A stretch of DNA of 58,956 bases, filler included. It is 4 parts of 4 records of this genome, joined end to end, with 100 filler letters (N's around TTAATTAATTAA, not from the genome) between each part and the next. Parts side by side here need not be neighbours in the genome. Positions count along the whole stretch, not along the records: positions 1 to 25,311 come from SRR22947727_115; 3 more parts are not named here. The stretch is one strand, 5' to 3'. The notes under the pieces are model-generated. The model saw nothing but the letters and a program-made list of their open reading frames with translations, was not told the origin of the DNA and searched no databases. Positions 1 through 10,416 of the stretch are shown here, piece by piece (the first letter of the stretch is position 1; each line of letters starts with the position of its first letter). Both the position numbers and the translations under genes were made by a program.

Positions 1-162
1 TGGCATTCCATATGATGCAGCGGCCACTCCTCCGCCTGACAGGTATAGCGCTTGGTGCCCTGATTTTTCTGCTAATATAGCTGAGTATGCATTAATAGCT
101 CCTGGAATTATAAGAGGATCATTCTCTGCAAGAGCTTTTCTAAATTTTGTGCCTGATGACAT
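1..162 (-). CDS. prpB: 2-methylisocitrate lyase, N-terminal 54 aa (runs off window start)
   Basis: Manual translation MSSGTKFRKALAENDPLIIPGAINAYSAILAEKSGHQALYLSGGGVAAASYGMP matches the PrpB N-terminus (PGAINAY, YLSGGGVAA.S.G.P). Confidence 0.9.
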   Translation of the reverse strand, partial: MSSGTKFRKALAENDPLIIPGAINAYSAILAEKSGHQALYLSGGGVAAASYGMP

Positions 163-208
163 GGTCGAAAATTATAAAGCACAAACATGGTAATTCCCAA
201 ATGTTAGT

Positions 209-871
209 CTAAGAATAAAATTTAATACCTCTAATTATCCTGTCTCTATTATTCTCTTTACGCCACTTATTAGTATCCCGAAGACTATAAACACAACCAC
301 AATACTCTTGCTGATAAAATTCTTCTTTTTTTGATATTTCAATCATTCTGGATGAACCGCCTTTTTTTCTCCAGTTAAAATCCCAGTACATAACATCCTC
401 GTATCTTTCTGCAGATCTATGACCAGAATCATTGATTTGATCCATATTTTTCCAACGTGATATTCCAAGAGTAGTTGCATAAACTCTATAGTTATTTTCT
501 TGAGCATAAAGTGCAGACCTTTCAAACCTCATATCAAAACACTCTGTACACCTTTTTCCTCTCTCAGGTTCATCTTCAAGACCTTTCACCCTTTCAAACC
601 ATTTATCCTTGTCATAATCAGCATCGATAAAATCAAAGCCAAGCTTGTCACAAAACCTTTTGTTTTCATCCTTCCTTATTTCATATTCTTCTTTAGGGTG
701 AATATTCGGATTATAAAAATAAACAGTTGTTTCTATTTTTGATGCGGCAACTGCTTCCATTATTTCCCCTGCGCATGGTGCGCAACAGCTATGAAGTAAT
801 AGTTTTGAATCTTTGAGTGGAAACTCTAATTCCGGTCTTTCGTAATTATTATGTTTTAAATGTTCGCTCAT
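209..871 (-). CDS. queH: epoxyqueuosine reductase QueH (DUF208)
   Basis: [37 protein letters not shown] motifs. Confidence 0.92.
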   Translation of the reverse strand: MSEHLKHNNYERPELEFPLKDSKLLLHSCCAPCAGEIMEAVAASKIETTVYFYNPNIHPKEEYEIRKDENKRFCDKLGFDFIDADYDKDKWFERVKGLEDEPERGKRCTECFDMRFERSALYAQENNYRVYATTLGISRWKNMDQINDSGHRSAERYEDVMYWDFNWRKKGGSSRMIEISKKEEFYQQEYCGCVYSLRDTNKWRKENNRDRIIRGIKFYS

Positions 872-1479
872 TTTACAAAGATTGAGTTTTTTATAAATGC
901 ATTTTCTAAATCATTATAGTTATCAAATGCCTCAATATGAGGTTGAGAAGATGATATCTTCTCTGGTGAATTTATAAAGAATCCCTTTTCTGCAACATCA
1001 AACATTTGAATATCATTATAAGAATCGCCTGCTGCAAAGCATCTATATCCCATTGATTGAAACCCCAAAATAGCTTGTTTTTTTGCTGTTTCATGCCTTA
1101 AATTATAGGCAGATATACTCCCATCATTTTGAACTTCTAAATTGTGACAAAGCAGAAGGGGGAAACCTAATTTCTTCATTAAAGGTTGCGCAATTTCATG
1201 AAAGGTATCAGACAAAATAACAACTTGAAAATTAGATCTAACTTTTTCTATAAACTCTTCAGCCCCAGGAAGAAGGTCTAGTTGATTTGCAGCACTTTGA
1301 ATATCAGATAACTTAACACCATGCTCGCTCATCACGTTTAGACGAAAATCCATTAGCTCAGCATAGCTTGGAATATCTCGAGTCGTTTTTTTAAAGTCTT
1401 CAATTCCAGTATTTAAAGCAACCTGTTCCCAAATTTCAGGAGTTAAAGTCCCTTCCATATCAAAACAAACTATTTCCAT
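868..1479 (-). CDS. thrH: phosphoserine phosphatase/homoserine phosphotransferase ThrH (HAD)
   Basis: [33 protein letters not shown] motifs. Confidence 0.9.
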   Translation of the reverse strand: MEIVCFDMEGTLTPEIWEQVALNTGIEDFKKTTRDIPSYAELMDFRLNVMSEHGVKLSDIQSAANQLDLLPGAEEFIEKVRSNFQVVILSDTFHEIAQPLMKKLGFPLLLCHNLEVQNDGSISAYNLRHETAKKQAILGFQSMGYRCFAAGDSYNDIQMFDVAEKGFFINSPEKISSSQPHIEAFDNYNDLENAFIKNSIFVK

Positions 1480-1482
1480 TTC

Positions 1483-2391
1483 CTATCCTTTATTTTTTAT
1501 ACCGTATGGTACATGTCCAGAAGTTAATTCACTAGAGGCCTCTAAAATATTATGTTTTTGATCGTCAAAAAATATATCCGCATCAAAAGATTTTAAAAAA
1601 TCTTTTTTTGGCATGCCCCCTAAGAATAAAGACTCATCAATTCTCACACCCCACTCTCTCAATGTTTTAATAACTCTCTTATCAGATGGAGCAGAACGAG
1701 CAGTAACTAATGCTGTTCGAATAGGACAGTTATCTTGATCAAAATCATTTTGAATTTTATTTAACTCTAGAAGAAAGTTTTTGAAGGGTCCTGCTTTAAG
1801 TGGGCTTTTAGCATTCTTTTCATTATCCATAAAAGCGTTTAAACCTTTTTCTTGATAAATTTTCTCTGACTCATCTGAAAATATAACAGCATCTCCATCA
1901 AATGCTATTCTTAACTGCTCTTTGGTCATATCACTATCTCTAGATTTTGAATCTGATGAAATAATAGTTGCTGCAGCAACCTCAGAATCTATTGCTAATT
2001 TAACATCCTCAATACTGCTTGAAAGAAACAAGTGAACTCCAAAATCTTTTACATATCTGTGAGGACTTTCACCACCACAAAAAGCAGCCCTGCTTATATC
2101 AAGATTATGAGCCTCGATTGAATTTCTTATTCTCAAACCTGTATCAGAAGAATTTCTAGATAAAAGTATTACCTCAATTCTTTTTTCATCATCATAAAAT
2201 TTATTTAAATTTAATATTTTTTTTACTAGCGGGAATGCTTCTCCAGGTTCAAGAATATTTTCTTCATTTTCTATTTGATATTGTTTGTATGACTCAACAC
2301 CACTTTTTTTATAAATATCATGGCTCGCATCTAAATTAAATAACGCTCTTGATGAGATTCCTATGATTAGCTTAGATATACTTTTATTCAT
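1483..2391 (-). CDS. 5'-nucleotidase (cN-I-like family)
   Basis: ISSRALF, LRIAFDGDAVIFSDESE, LVTARSAP, DIFFDDQ motifs. Confidence 0.88.
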   Translation of the reverse strand: MNKSISKLIIGISSRALFNLDASHDIYKKSGVESYKQYQIENEENILEPGEAFPLVKKILNLNKFYDDEKRIEVILLSRNSSDTGLRIRNSIEAHNLDISRAAFCGGESPHRYVKDFGVHLFLSSSIEDVKLAIDSEVAAATIISSDSKSRDSDMTKEQLRIAFDGDAVIFSDESEKIYQEKGLNAFMDNEKNAKSPLKAGPFKNFLLELNKIQNDFDQDNCPIRTALVTARSAPSDKRVIKTLREWGVRIDESLFLGGMPKKDFLKSFDADIFFDDQKHNILEASSELTSGHVPYGIKNKG

Positions 2392-2419
2392 AATTCTTGA
2401 AAAAATGTTTTAATTATTA

Positions 2420-2439
2420 TACTGTATATATATTCAGTA
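2420..2439. promoter_or_regulatory. LexA operator (SOS box) overlapping the lexA -10 element
   Basis: TACTGTATATATATTCAGTA is CTG-N10-CAG, one mismatch from the E. coli consensus; TATAAT at 2438-2443; 13 bp upstream of the lexA ATG. Confidence 0.9.
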
Positions 2440-2452
2440 TAATAATTTAGCT

Positions 2453-3082
2453 ATGAAAGATATTACACCTCAACAAAATAAAGTACTTAATTGTATTAAA
2501 GTTTACATAAAAGGGACAGGATTTCCTCCTACCAGATCAGACATATGCAAGGAGATGGGGTTTAAATCACCCAACTCTGCAGAAACTCATCTAAGAGCTC
2601 TCGAAAAAAAAGGTTTTATATCTATTGCAAGTGGGGCATCTAGAGGCATAACAATAATAGGTGAGGAAAGTGAACAAGAGAGTGGAAGTATAGAAACTGA
2701 TAACTACCCCATAATTGGTTTGGTTGCAGCAGGTTCACCAACACTAGCTTCTGAAAATATTGAGAAACAAGTGCCATGCCCGTCTAATTTTTTTGGATCT
2801 TCTTTTGATTATTTCTTAAGAGTTAAAGGTTTAAGCATGAAGGATGCTGGGATTATGGAAGATGATCTTATTGCAGTTCAAAAAACACATGATGTGAAAA
2901 ATGGAGATATAGTCGTTGCTAGAATTGATGATGAAGTGACTGTAAAATACTTCACAAAACCTTCTAATGACAAAATAGTTTTAGAACCTGCTAATGATGA
3001 TTTCAGTGATATTGAAGTTGATCTAAGGTCAGAAGAGTTTTTTCTTGAAGGGAAATATATAGGTCTTATAAGAGAAAATTAA
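2453..3082 (+). CDS. lexA: SOS repressor LexA
   Basis: wHTH (GFPPTRSDI...SPNSAETHLRALEKKG), VAAG cleavage site, catalytic Ser (GLSM) and Lys (VTVK). Confidence 0.96.
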   Translation: MKDITPQQNKVLNCIKVYIKGTGFPPTRSDICKEMGFKSPNSAETHLRALEKKGFISIASGASRGITIIGEESEQESGSIETDNYPIIGLVAAGSPTLASENIEKQVPCPSNFFGSSFDYFLRVKGLSMKDAGIMEDDLIAVQKTHDVKNGDIVVARIDDEVTVKYFTKPSNDKIVLEPANDDFSDIEVDLRSEEFFLEGKYIGLIREN

Positions 3083-3088
3083 AAAAAA

Positions 3089-3346
3089 TTAATGGAGAAT
3101 GACTGACTTTTTCTGTTTTGTTTCTTTTGCATTTTCCAAGAAATCATCAAAATCACCTACATTCATACTAACAGACTCGATACCAGCTTTAATCATCTCT
3201 TTAGCAACAGATAGCTCCTGACCTTGCAAAAAGTCTTTTGACTCTCCAGAAAATTCAATCTTAACAATAGGGTTGGAGGGATCATCTGATCTTCTAAGTA
3301 CAATTGTTCCATCTGGTAGTTGTGCAAGTTCAAGGTAATTTGACAT
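3089..3346 (-). CDS. conserved small hypothetical protein of the gammaproteobacterial topA-lexA neighbourhood
   Basis: YLELAQLPDGTIVLRR...FSGESKDFLQGQ resembles the small protein lying between sulA and topA in Pseudomonas (from recall); GGAG RBS upstream. Confidence 0.7.
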   Translation of the reverse strand: MSNYLELAQLPDGTIVLRRSDDPSNPIVKIEFSGESKDFLQGQELSVAKEMIKAGIESVSMNVGDFDDFLENAKETKQKKSVILH

Positions 3347-3369
3347 ATTTTCTCCATGCTTAATTCAGC

Positions 3370-3807
3370 TTAACATTCGTGATGAAATTTTCTATAAGAA
3401 GATATCCATTCACCATACTTATTTAATAATAAATTTAATTTTTTCAAGGTGTTTTTGTTTGATGATGTAATTAAATCTATACCAGGAGGGTCAATCTCTT
3501 TTTTATAAATATCTTCAAAGGTCTCAATAAGACCATTGGGCTCGAGCTGTTTTGAAATTACAGAAAGGCTGTTTTTATGATTAGATATTTTATTTAACTT
3601 TGAAAATGCATTCATTTCCATAAAATTATTAATATCAAGATTCTGTTGAATAAAAATTTCATTTGCAAAAGCATCCAAGCTTTTTTCAAATGAAATACAA
3701 AATAACAATCTTAGATTATTATCACCATTTGAATCGTCAAATTTAATCTTTTCGAGTGTTTCTTTGGATAGGTCGAGATACTGATTAACTAATTCTGTAT
3801 TTCCCAC
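3370..3807 (-). CDS. hypothetical protein (possibly DUF6586-like, by synteny)
   Basis: 145-aa ORF whose GTG start overlaps the topA stop; family suggested by position only. Confidence 0.6.
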   Translation of the reverse strand: MGNTELVNQYLDLSKETLEKIKFDDSNGDNNLRLLFCISFEKSLDAFANEIFIQQNLDINNFMEMNAFSKLNKISNHKNSLSVISKQLEPNGLIETFEDIYKKEIDPPGIDLITSSNKNTLKKLNLLLNKYGEWISSYRKFHHEC

Positions 3808-6431
3808 TAATCTTTAAGCCTTTGTTTCCAGCCATCATCTGAAAAAACAGCAGTCCATTTAGTTTTCTTCCCGTTTTTTTCAGAGGCTAGATAATGAATA
3901 TCTTCAGCTTTATTATATCTAACAACATACGGATTACCCTTCTTATCATGTGTTGGAGCTGAAGTTAGATAAGCGTGTTTTTCTTTTTCTTCTAAAAACC
4001 TACATGCATCATTTAGCTCGTTCAATAAAGTATTTATTTCACTTACTTTAGGGGCTCTTGTTTCTCTATTTTTTGGAAATTTACTTGCGGCAAGGAATAG
4101 TCCTTTCATACTATCTCGTAGCAAGTAATGATCTTCACATTTCAAGCATTTTAGGTCTGGCAAAGGTATTGGTTCCATCATTAATGGCTTTGGTTCACCA
4201 TTTCTTTGAAGTTGTCTTGTCGCTCCACAGTTATCATTAAGACATCCAAAATATTTACCAAATCGACCTGTTTTTAGCTGCATTTCTGAGCCACACTTAT
4301 GGCACTCGATGACAGGACCATCATAACCTTTAATTTTAAATTTGCCTTCTTCTACCTCATACCCATTACAGTCTGGATTTCTTCCGCATATATGAAGTTT
4401 TCTGTCTTCATCAATAAGAAAATTATCCATACTAGTTGAACAAATAGGACATCTTCTTTTTATCATTAAATTAGAAGCCTCTTCGGTATCATCTACACTT
4501 ACTGCTTCGTCACCAGATATTAAATTTAGAGTTGTTTTACACTTTTCATCGCCTTCATCGTTATAACCTGTACATCCAAGAAAAACTCCATTACTTGAGT
4601 TTCTTATAACCATAGTTTTTTTACCACAAGGACAAGGTATATCTGTATCAACTGGAAGATTAGATTTCATGCCTCCATCTTCTGATGATGCTAGAACAAG
4701 GTCGTCTTGAAATGCATTATAAAAATCGTTCAGCACACTTTTCCAATCAAGATCACCGTCTGCAACTTTATCAAGAGAGTTTTCAAGATTAGCTGTAAAG
4801 TCATAATCCATTATGTCCGTAAAGCTGTCTAATAATCTTTCAGCAACAATATGACCAATCTTCTTAACAAAAAATCTTCTATTTTCTATTTCAACGTACC
4901 CTCTATCTTGAATGGTAGAAATTATTGATGCGTATGTTGATGGTCTTCCTATTCCTTTTTTTTCAAGCTCTTTAACCAGGGCAGCTTCAGAAAACCGAGC
5001 AGTTGGTTTTGTAAATTTCTGTTCAAGATTTACTTTATCAAGGCCAAGTATGTCACCCTCTTCCAGTACTGGAAGAATGTCAGCCTCTAAATCAACGTTA
5101 GCTACATTAGAAACCTTAGTATATCCATCAAAAACAACCTCTCTACCTCTTGCTGTAAAGGTATATTCATTTAAATCAATTTTTGCTGATGTAGACAAAT
5201 ACTCTGCATTAGGCAGTTGAGAAGAAATATATTGTTGCCATATTAGGCTATATAGCCTCTTTTCTTCTTCAGAAACACTTTTTAATTGACTTGACTCCAT
5301 AAAAGCATTTGTGGGTCTTATGGCTTCATGGGCTTCTTGAGCATTCTCAGTGCTTGAATATATTCTTGGTGCATTTGTTAGGTATTTGTCGCCTAGATTT
5401 TCACTTACATAATTACGAGCATCTTGGATAGATTCTTTGCTAAGGCTTGGGGCATCCGTTCTCATATATGTAATATGACCAGCTTCATATAGCTTTTGTG
5501 CAACTCTCATTGTTCTTTTTACATTGAAACTTAGTTTTGTGCTTGCTGCTTGCTGAAGAGTTGAGGTTATAAATGGAGGTTTTGGTTTAACAGATACAGG
5601 CTTTTTAACAACACTTGATATCTTAAGAGCAGAATTTTCAATGAGATTAACAATTTCTTTTGCTTCTGCTTCTGGTAGCAAAGGGTCAGACTTTTTCCTG
5701 AGCAAAGCAAAGTTAATATTGTTATTTATCTTATCAATGGCATTCAATGATATTTCCCAGAACTCTTCTGGAATAAACTTTTGAATAAGCCTTTCTCTTT
5801 CTACAAGAACTCTTAATGCTACAGATTGAACTCTTCCAGCAGATAAACCTCTTGCAATTTTTTTCCATAAAAGCGGAGATAATTCAAAGCCAACAACCCT
5901 ATCAAGGAATCTTCTTGCTTGTTGAGCCTTAACCAAATCTAAATCGATTTCCTTGGGGTCAGAAAAAGAGTCAATAATTGCATCTTTTGTTATTTGATTG
6001 AATCTTACTCTCGAGAACTCATACTTGTTTGGTCCCAATGCTTCTTTAAGATGCCATGCAATTGCTTCTCCTTCTCTATCTAAGTCTGTTGCAAGATAGA
6101 TATGATCAACACCTTTTGCAGCCTTTCTTAAATCTTTTATAACCTTTTCTTTGTCTGGAATGATTTGATAGTCTGCCTTCCATCCATTATCAGGATCCAC
6201 ACCCATTCTTCTAACAAGTCTTGCTCTATCATTTTTAGCCTTTAGTTTAATTTTTTCTGCAGGTGAGATATCTTTTGGTAAGGTTAATCTTTTTGCAGGT
6301 GACTTAGATTTGCCTTTAGGCAGATCTCTTATATGCCCAACGCTAGACTTGACTACATAATCTTTTCCTAGATATTTGGAAATTGTTTTTGCTTTAGCAG
6401 GTGACTCAACTATTACTAATGAACTAGGCAT
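3807..6431 (-). CDS. topA: DNA topoisomerase I
   Basis: LVIVESPAKAKTI, ATDLDREGE, SAGRVQS, ITYMRTD catalytic Tyr, C-terminal zinc ribbons. Confidence 0.98.
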   Translation of the reverse strand: MPSSLVIVESPAKAKTISKYLGKDYVVKSSVGHIRDLPKGKSKSPAKRLTLPKDISPAEKIKLKAKNDRARLVRRMGVDPDNGWKADYQIIPDKEKVIKDLRKAAKGVDHIYLATDLDREGEAIAWHLKEALGPNKYEFSRVRFNQITKDAIIDSFSDPKEIDLDLVKAQQARRFLDRVVGFELSPLLWKKIARGLSAGRVQSVALRVLVERERLIQKFIPEEFWEISLNAIDKINNNINFALLRKKSDPLLPEAEAKEIVNLIENSALKISSVVKKPVSVKPKPPFITSTLQQAASTKLSFNVKRTMRVAQKLYEAGHITYMRTDAPSLSKESIQDARNYVSENLGDKYLTNAPRIYSSTENAQEAHEAIRPTNAFMESSQLKSVSEEEKRLYSLIWQQYISSQLPNAEYLSTSAKIDLNEYTFTARGREVVFDGYTKVSNVANVDLEADILPVLEEGDILGLDKVNLEQKFTKPTARFSEAALVKELEKKGIGRPSTYASIISTIQDRGYVEIENRRFFVKKIGHIVAERLLDSFTDIMDYDFTANLENSLDKVADGDLDWKSVLNDFYNAFQDDLVLASSEDGGMKSNLPVDTDIPCPCGKKTMVIRNSSNGVFLGCTGYNDEGDEKCKTTLNLISGDEAVSVDDTEEASNLMIKRRCPICSTSMDNFLIDEDRKLHICGRNPDCNGYEVEEGKFKIKGYDGPVIECHKCGSEMQLKTGRFGKYFGCLNDNCGATRQLQRNGEPKPLMMEPIPLPDLKCLKCEDHYLLRDSMKGLFLAASKFPKNRETRAPKVSEINTLLNELNDACRFLEEKEKHAYLTSAPTHDKKGNPYVVRYNKAEDIHYLASEKNGKKTKWTAVFSDDGWKQRLKD

Positions 6432-6460
6432 ATTATAAAAACTAATTTAAAAAATTTACT

Positions 6461-6901
6461 TTAATATTCTAATTTTTCAATGATATTAGATACTTCTTCT
6501 AATACTTCCATACCACCTTTTTCATTCCACAAAAATAAAACATGTGTGGGAGAAAAAATGATTTCAGAAACCTCGACTGGAAGTTTAAATAACTCATTTC
6601 TAATTCCATCGTAGCCATCAGAATACTTTAACTTGAGTGGAGAATACAAAATTAAATCGTCTTTGTCTCTAATAAAGTGTGCATCTTTTAAATTTACTTT
6701 ATTTCTAAACTGATAAACCATCAATAAAAAATCCTTTGATTTAAAGTTGAAATTAGATATTTTTAAAGAGGTTATTTTGAATCCTTTCTTCATTGCATCC
6801 AATCTTAATTTGGAAATAGCCCTGCTCTTCTTTGATGGAACCGCAAGGCTAATAGACCCAAAAAGGAAAAGAATTACAAGAGTGATAACTAAGATTTGCA
6901 T
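6461..6901 (-). CDS. hypothetical protein with N-terminal membrane anchor
   Basis: 146-aa ORF in the pyrD-topA run; hydrophobic first ~22 aa. Confidence 0.6.
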   Translation of the reverse strand: MQILVITLVILFLFGSISLAVPSKKSRAISKLRLDAMKKGFKITSLKISNFNFKSKDFLLMVYQFRNKVNLKDAHFIRDKDDLILYSPLKLKYSDGYDGIRNELFKLPVEVSEIIFSPTHVLFLWNEKGGMEVLEEVSNIIEKLEY

Positions 6902-6904
6902 AAG

Positions 6905-7891
6905 TTATTTCTCAAGTATCTCGCTCACGATTGAAGGTCCTTTGATAATAAAACCGGTATAAATTTGAACCAAGTTGGCGCCACAATCCAACTTATTGCT
7001 AAAATCTTTTTTAGATATAACTCCTCCGACTCCAATCAATGGTAGTTTTTTATCCATAGATCTTATTTTTTTTATAGTGTCATTGGATTTAATAAATAAG
7101 GGTGCTCCAGATAAACCTCCATCATAATTATGATATTTAGAATTTTTAAGAAGCTTTTTATCGACGGTTGTATTTGTTGAGATCAATCCAGAAAAATTAA
7201 ACCTTTTAATTTCATTAACTATTCTTTCAATGGCAGTATCACTTTCATCAGGTGAAACTTTTAAAAAAATAGGTTTAGTATTTTTAAGCTCTCTAGAAAG
7301 AGTTGCGATCTGCCTTAGAAGCTCTGATAGGTTATCCTCGTTATGCAACTCTCTTAAGCTTGGTGTATTTGGTGATGAGATATTTATAACTATATAGTCT
7401 GCAAGTTTGTAAACTTTCTTAAAACAAAAAAGATAGTCATCAATTCTTCCTTGACCTTCTGAAGCTTTATTAGCTCCAATATTTACACCAATAACACCAT
7501 CATAATTAATATTATTTAAATTATTTACAAGATGATCTACACCTTTATTGTTAAAACCCATTCTATTAACGATTGCTTTTTCATCAAAAATTCTAAAGAG
7601 CCTAGGCTTTTCATTTCCTGATTGAGGCAAAGGCGTAACTGTTCCAACTTCTAAGAACCCAAATCCAAGTGAACCCAAGGAATTTATATAGTCTCCATTT
7701 TTATCCAAGCCAGCAGCTGTGCCTAGCTTATTTTTAAAACTCATTCCTAAAAAAATAAATTCTTCATGCTCTATTTTGTTAATAAATAAAGGTAGGATCT
7801 TTAATTTATAAAGAATACTAAGTCCTGATAATGCCAAGGAGTGAGCAAGCTCTTCTGGGAGTTTTTTTAATATGAATAGGATTATCTTCAA
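6905..7891 (-). CDS. pyrD: quinone-dependent dihydroorotate dehydrogenase
   Basis: AAGLDKNG, GTVTPLPQSGNEKPRLFR, NRMGFNN, NISSPNTP. Confidence 0.96.
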   Translation of the reverse strand: MKIILFILKKLPEELAHSLALSGLSILYKLKILPLFINKIEHEEFIFLGMSFKNKLGTAAGLDKNGDYINSLGSLGFGFLEVGTVTPLPQSGNEKPRLFRIFDEKAIVNRMGFNNKGVDHLVNNLNNINYDGVIGVNIGANKASEGQGRIDDYLFCFKKVYKLADYIVINISSPNTPSLRELHNEDNLSELLRQIATLSRELKNTKPIFLKVSPDESDTAIERIVNEIKRFNFSGLISTNTTVDKKLLKNSKYHNYDGGLSGAPLFIKSNDTIKKIRSMDKKLPLIGVGGVISKKDFSNKLDCGANLVQIYTGFIIKGPSIVSEILEK

Positions 7892-8763
7892 AACTTTTTA
7901 CTAAAAATTTCTTTAATCATTTTGGAAAAATAATCATCCTTCATTGCAACAGCTATTGTAGCCTCAAGATAGCCTTCTTTGCTTCCACAATCATACTTTT
8001 CGCCATCAAATAGCTGTGCTTGTACATTTTCTTGTTTAATTAATAACTGAATGGCATCTGTAATTTGAATTTCTCCAGATGCGTCTTCTTTAACATTTTT
8101 TATACAATCAAATATTGATGGATTAAATATATATCTTCCAGCTACAGCTATATCTGATGGAGCTTGAGATGCATGTGGCTTCTCTACAATATTTTTAATA
8201 ACTAAAGTATTTTTATCATCAAGTTGGTTTATACCAGGGTCAATTACTCCATATTTATGAATATTATTTTTATCAATTTTATTAACAGCTATTATTGATT
8301 GAAGGGTTTTTGAATAAGCTTCTGAAATTTGCTGAAGGCATGTTGGTGTTGATAAAAACAAGTCGTCAGGCAATAAAACAGAAAATGGAACTGAGCCTAC
8401 AGCTTTCTCAGCAAGTAAAATTGCATGGCCAAGACCTTTCTGCTCTTCCTGATTGATATATGTAAATTTAATATTTTTGAATATTTCGGGATTAATCTTT
8501 TCTAGTAATTCTTTTTTATCTATTTTATGAAGTTTTTTTTCTAGCTTGGGTACTTCTGAAAAATGATTTTGAATGGCTGGCTTTGTATAATTTGTAATAA
8601 AAATTATTTCCTCAGCTCCTGCTGAAATTGCTTCCTCAACCGCATATTGGATGAGTGGCTTATCAATAATGGCAAGCATTTCTTTTGGTATAGCCTTTGT
8701 TGCAGGCAGAAATCTTGTACCAAGGCCGGCAACTGGCAAGACGGCTTTTTTAATTTTTACCAT
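7888..8763 (-). CDS. galU: UTP-glucose-1-phosphate uridylyltransferase
   Basis: KAVLPVAGLGTRFLPATKAIPKEML, GLGHAIL, VEKP, YDCGSK. Confidence 0.95.
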   Translation of the reverse strand: MVKIKKAVLPVAGLGTRFLPATKAIPKEMLAIIDKPLIQYAVEEAISAGAEEIIFITNYTKPAIQNHFSEVPKLEKKLHKIDKKELLEKINPEIFKNIKFTYINQEEQKGLGHAILLAEKAVGSVPFSVLLPDDLFLSTPTCLQQISEAYSKTLQSIIAVNKIDKNNIHKYGVIDPGINQLDDKNTLVIKNIVEKPHASQAPSDIAVAGRYIFNPSIFDCIKNVKEDASGEIQITDAIQLLIKQENVQAQLFDGEKYDCGSKEGYLEATIAVAMKDDYFSKMIKEIFSKKF

Positions 8764-9397
8764 TTTTTTTTAGAATAGAATTTTTAAATATAATAATGAT
8801 CATAGCAAAGAATACTCCTGAGATTAAACCACCCAAATGAGCAAAATTAGCAATTTCTCCAAATCCAAACAATCTAAGGACTCCTAAGAAGCCCATTACA
8901 AGCCAAGCAATCATAAATATGTATATTGCAGGTGGAAGCCCATATATAATTTTTTGATTTTGAAACTCATTTATCATTGCATATCCAAAGAGACCATATA
9001 CACAACCTGAAAGGCCTCCAAATAGATGAGCACCTTGATCAAGATACTGAGCATAATTACCTATAACTGCAGAAATTATCATTAGTAAGACAAAAACTAT
9101 TTTTCCATCTTTAAGCTCTATTTGTTGACCTAAAACAAATACCCATAAGCAATTAAATACTAAATGAGTTATAGAAAAATGAATGAATATTGGCGTAATA
9201 AGTCTCCACCATTCATTCCCTTTATAGTAAGTATCTTCGAAAGAACTGAATATTAAATAGTTTGAGTAAGCTCCAGTTAATTCAGCTTTTAGAAATAACA
9301 ATGGTTCTATAAATGACATGATTGGAGCAAAAAGATAGAGGCAAGTAACCAATATCGCTAAAGAAATAAAACCTAAGTGAAATCTTATATTTTTCAA
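8750..9397 (-). CDS. rhomboid intramembrane serine protease (GlpG-like)
   Basis: WWRLITPIFIHF, HLVFN, GGLSG catalytic Ser, AHLGG catalytic His. Confidence 0.9.
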   Translation of the reverse strand: MKNIRFHLGFISLAILVTCLYLFAPIMSFIEPLLFLKAELTGAYSNYLIFSSFEDTYYKGNEWWRLITPIFIHFSITHLVFNCLWVFVLGQQIELKDGKIVFVLLMIISAVIGNYAQYLDQGAHLFGGLSGCVYGLFGYAMINEFQNQKIIYGLPPAIYIFMIAWLVMGFLGVLRLFGFGEIANFAHLGGLISGVFFAMIIIIFKNSILKKNGKN

Positions 9398-9400
9398 ATA

Positions 9401-10267
9401 TTAACTCGGATTAGAAATATCTAGACTCCATCCAAGCTTTTCTCTACATGCTTCAAAAAAATCATTATTATGTAAATGGATTAACTTTAATGGCTTGTCT
9501 ATTTTTAAAATTTGTATATCGCTCATATATGAAACATCAATATCATCTTGTCCATCTGCACATATTTTTCCTTGTTTTGAAGATCCCTCTAAAATATTTA
9601 CACTTAATAATTCATTTGATGAGATTACAAACGGTCTAGATGAGAGGCTTTGTGATAGCATCGGGAGAACTGTCCAAACATCTAGATTGGGATGAATAAT
9701 TGGCCCTCCTGCAGATAAGGCATATGCTGTTGAACCTGTAGTAGTAGATATTATTAGTCCGTCTGATCTTTTTTCATATACAACTTTATTATTAATGTTT
9801 AATTTATACCTCATTAATTGAGCATACGAACCTGAGTGAATAACAATTTCATTGACAGCCTGTATTTCCTTATTATCAAAAGTAGCTTTAATTAAACTTC
9901 TTTCTTCAATTTTATAATCTCCATTCAAAACTGAAATTATTGCTTGCTCAAAATTTTTAACTGTCACATCAGTTAAGAATCCGACAGTGCCCATGTTAAT
10001 GCCTAAAATAGGGAGATCATGCTTGTGATATTTTCTTGCTGCTCCAAGCAAAGTTCCGTCACCACCCATTACAACAATTAAATCAGCAGTGGATGAAAAT
10101 TCAGAATAGTCTACATCTAAGCCCTCAGCAAAAATGCTTTTTGTTTTGTCCAAGGAAACTTTAAGAAAATGTTTTATTAGAATACTAATTAAATCATGTA
10201 CAGATGACATAACCTCGTGAGATGGGCTATCAAAATCCTTTATAACTAAACCAACTTCTTTAAACAT
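9401..10267 (-). CDS. nadK: NAD kinase
   Basis: GGDGT, GINMGTVGFL, NE, DGLIISTTTGSTAYALSAGGP. Confidence 0.95.
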   Translation of the reverse strand: MFKEVGLVIKDFDSPSHEVMSSVHDLISILIKHFLKVSLDKTKSIFAEGLDVDYSEFSSTADLIVVMGGDGTLLGAARKYHKHDLPILGINMGTVGFLTDVTVKNFEQAIISVLNGDYKIEERSLIKATFDNKEIQAVNEIVIHSGSYAQLMRYKLNINNKVVYEKRSDGLIISTTTGSTAYALSAGGPIIHPNLDVWTVLPMLSQSLSSRPFVISSNELLSVNILEGSSKQGKICADGQDDIDVSYMSDIQILKIDKPLKLIHLHNNDFFEACREKLGWSLDISNPS

Positions 10268-10416
10268 TGAATGATTATACTCTCAATACATAAATTCAAA
10301 AAATTCTTTAAGTTTTAAAAAAAATCTATATTCCTTTAAATATTTTCTCACTCGAAAAAAAATTTATTTTCTCTATAATAATGCTACTAACTAGAAGTAA
10401 TCATAGGGAAATATAA

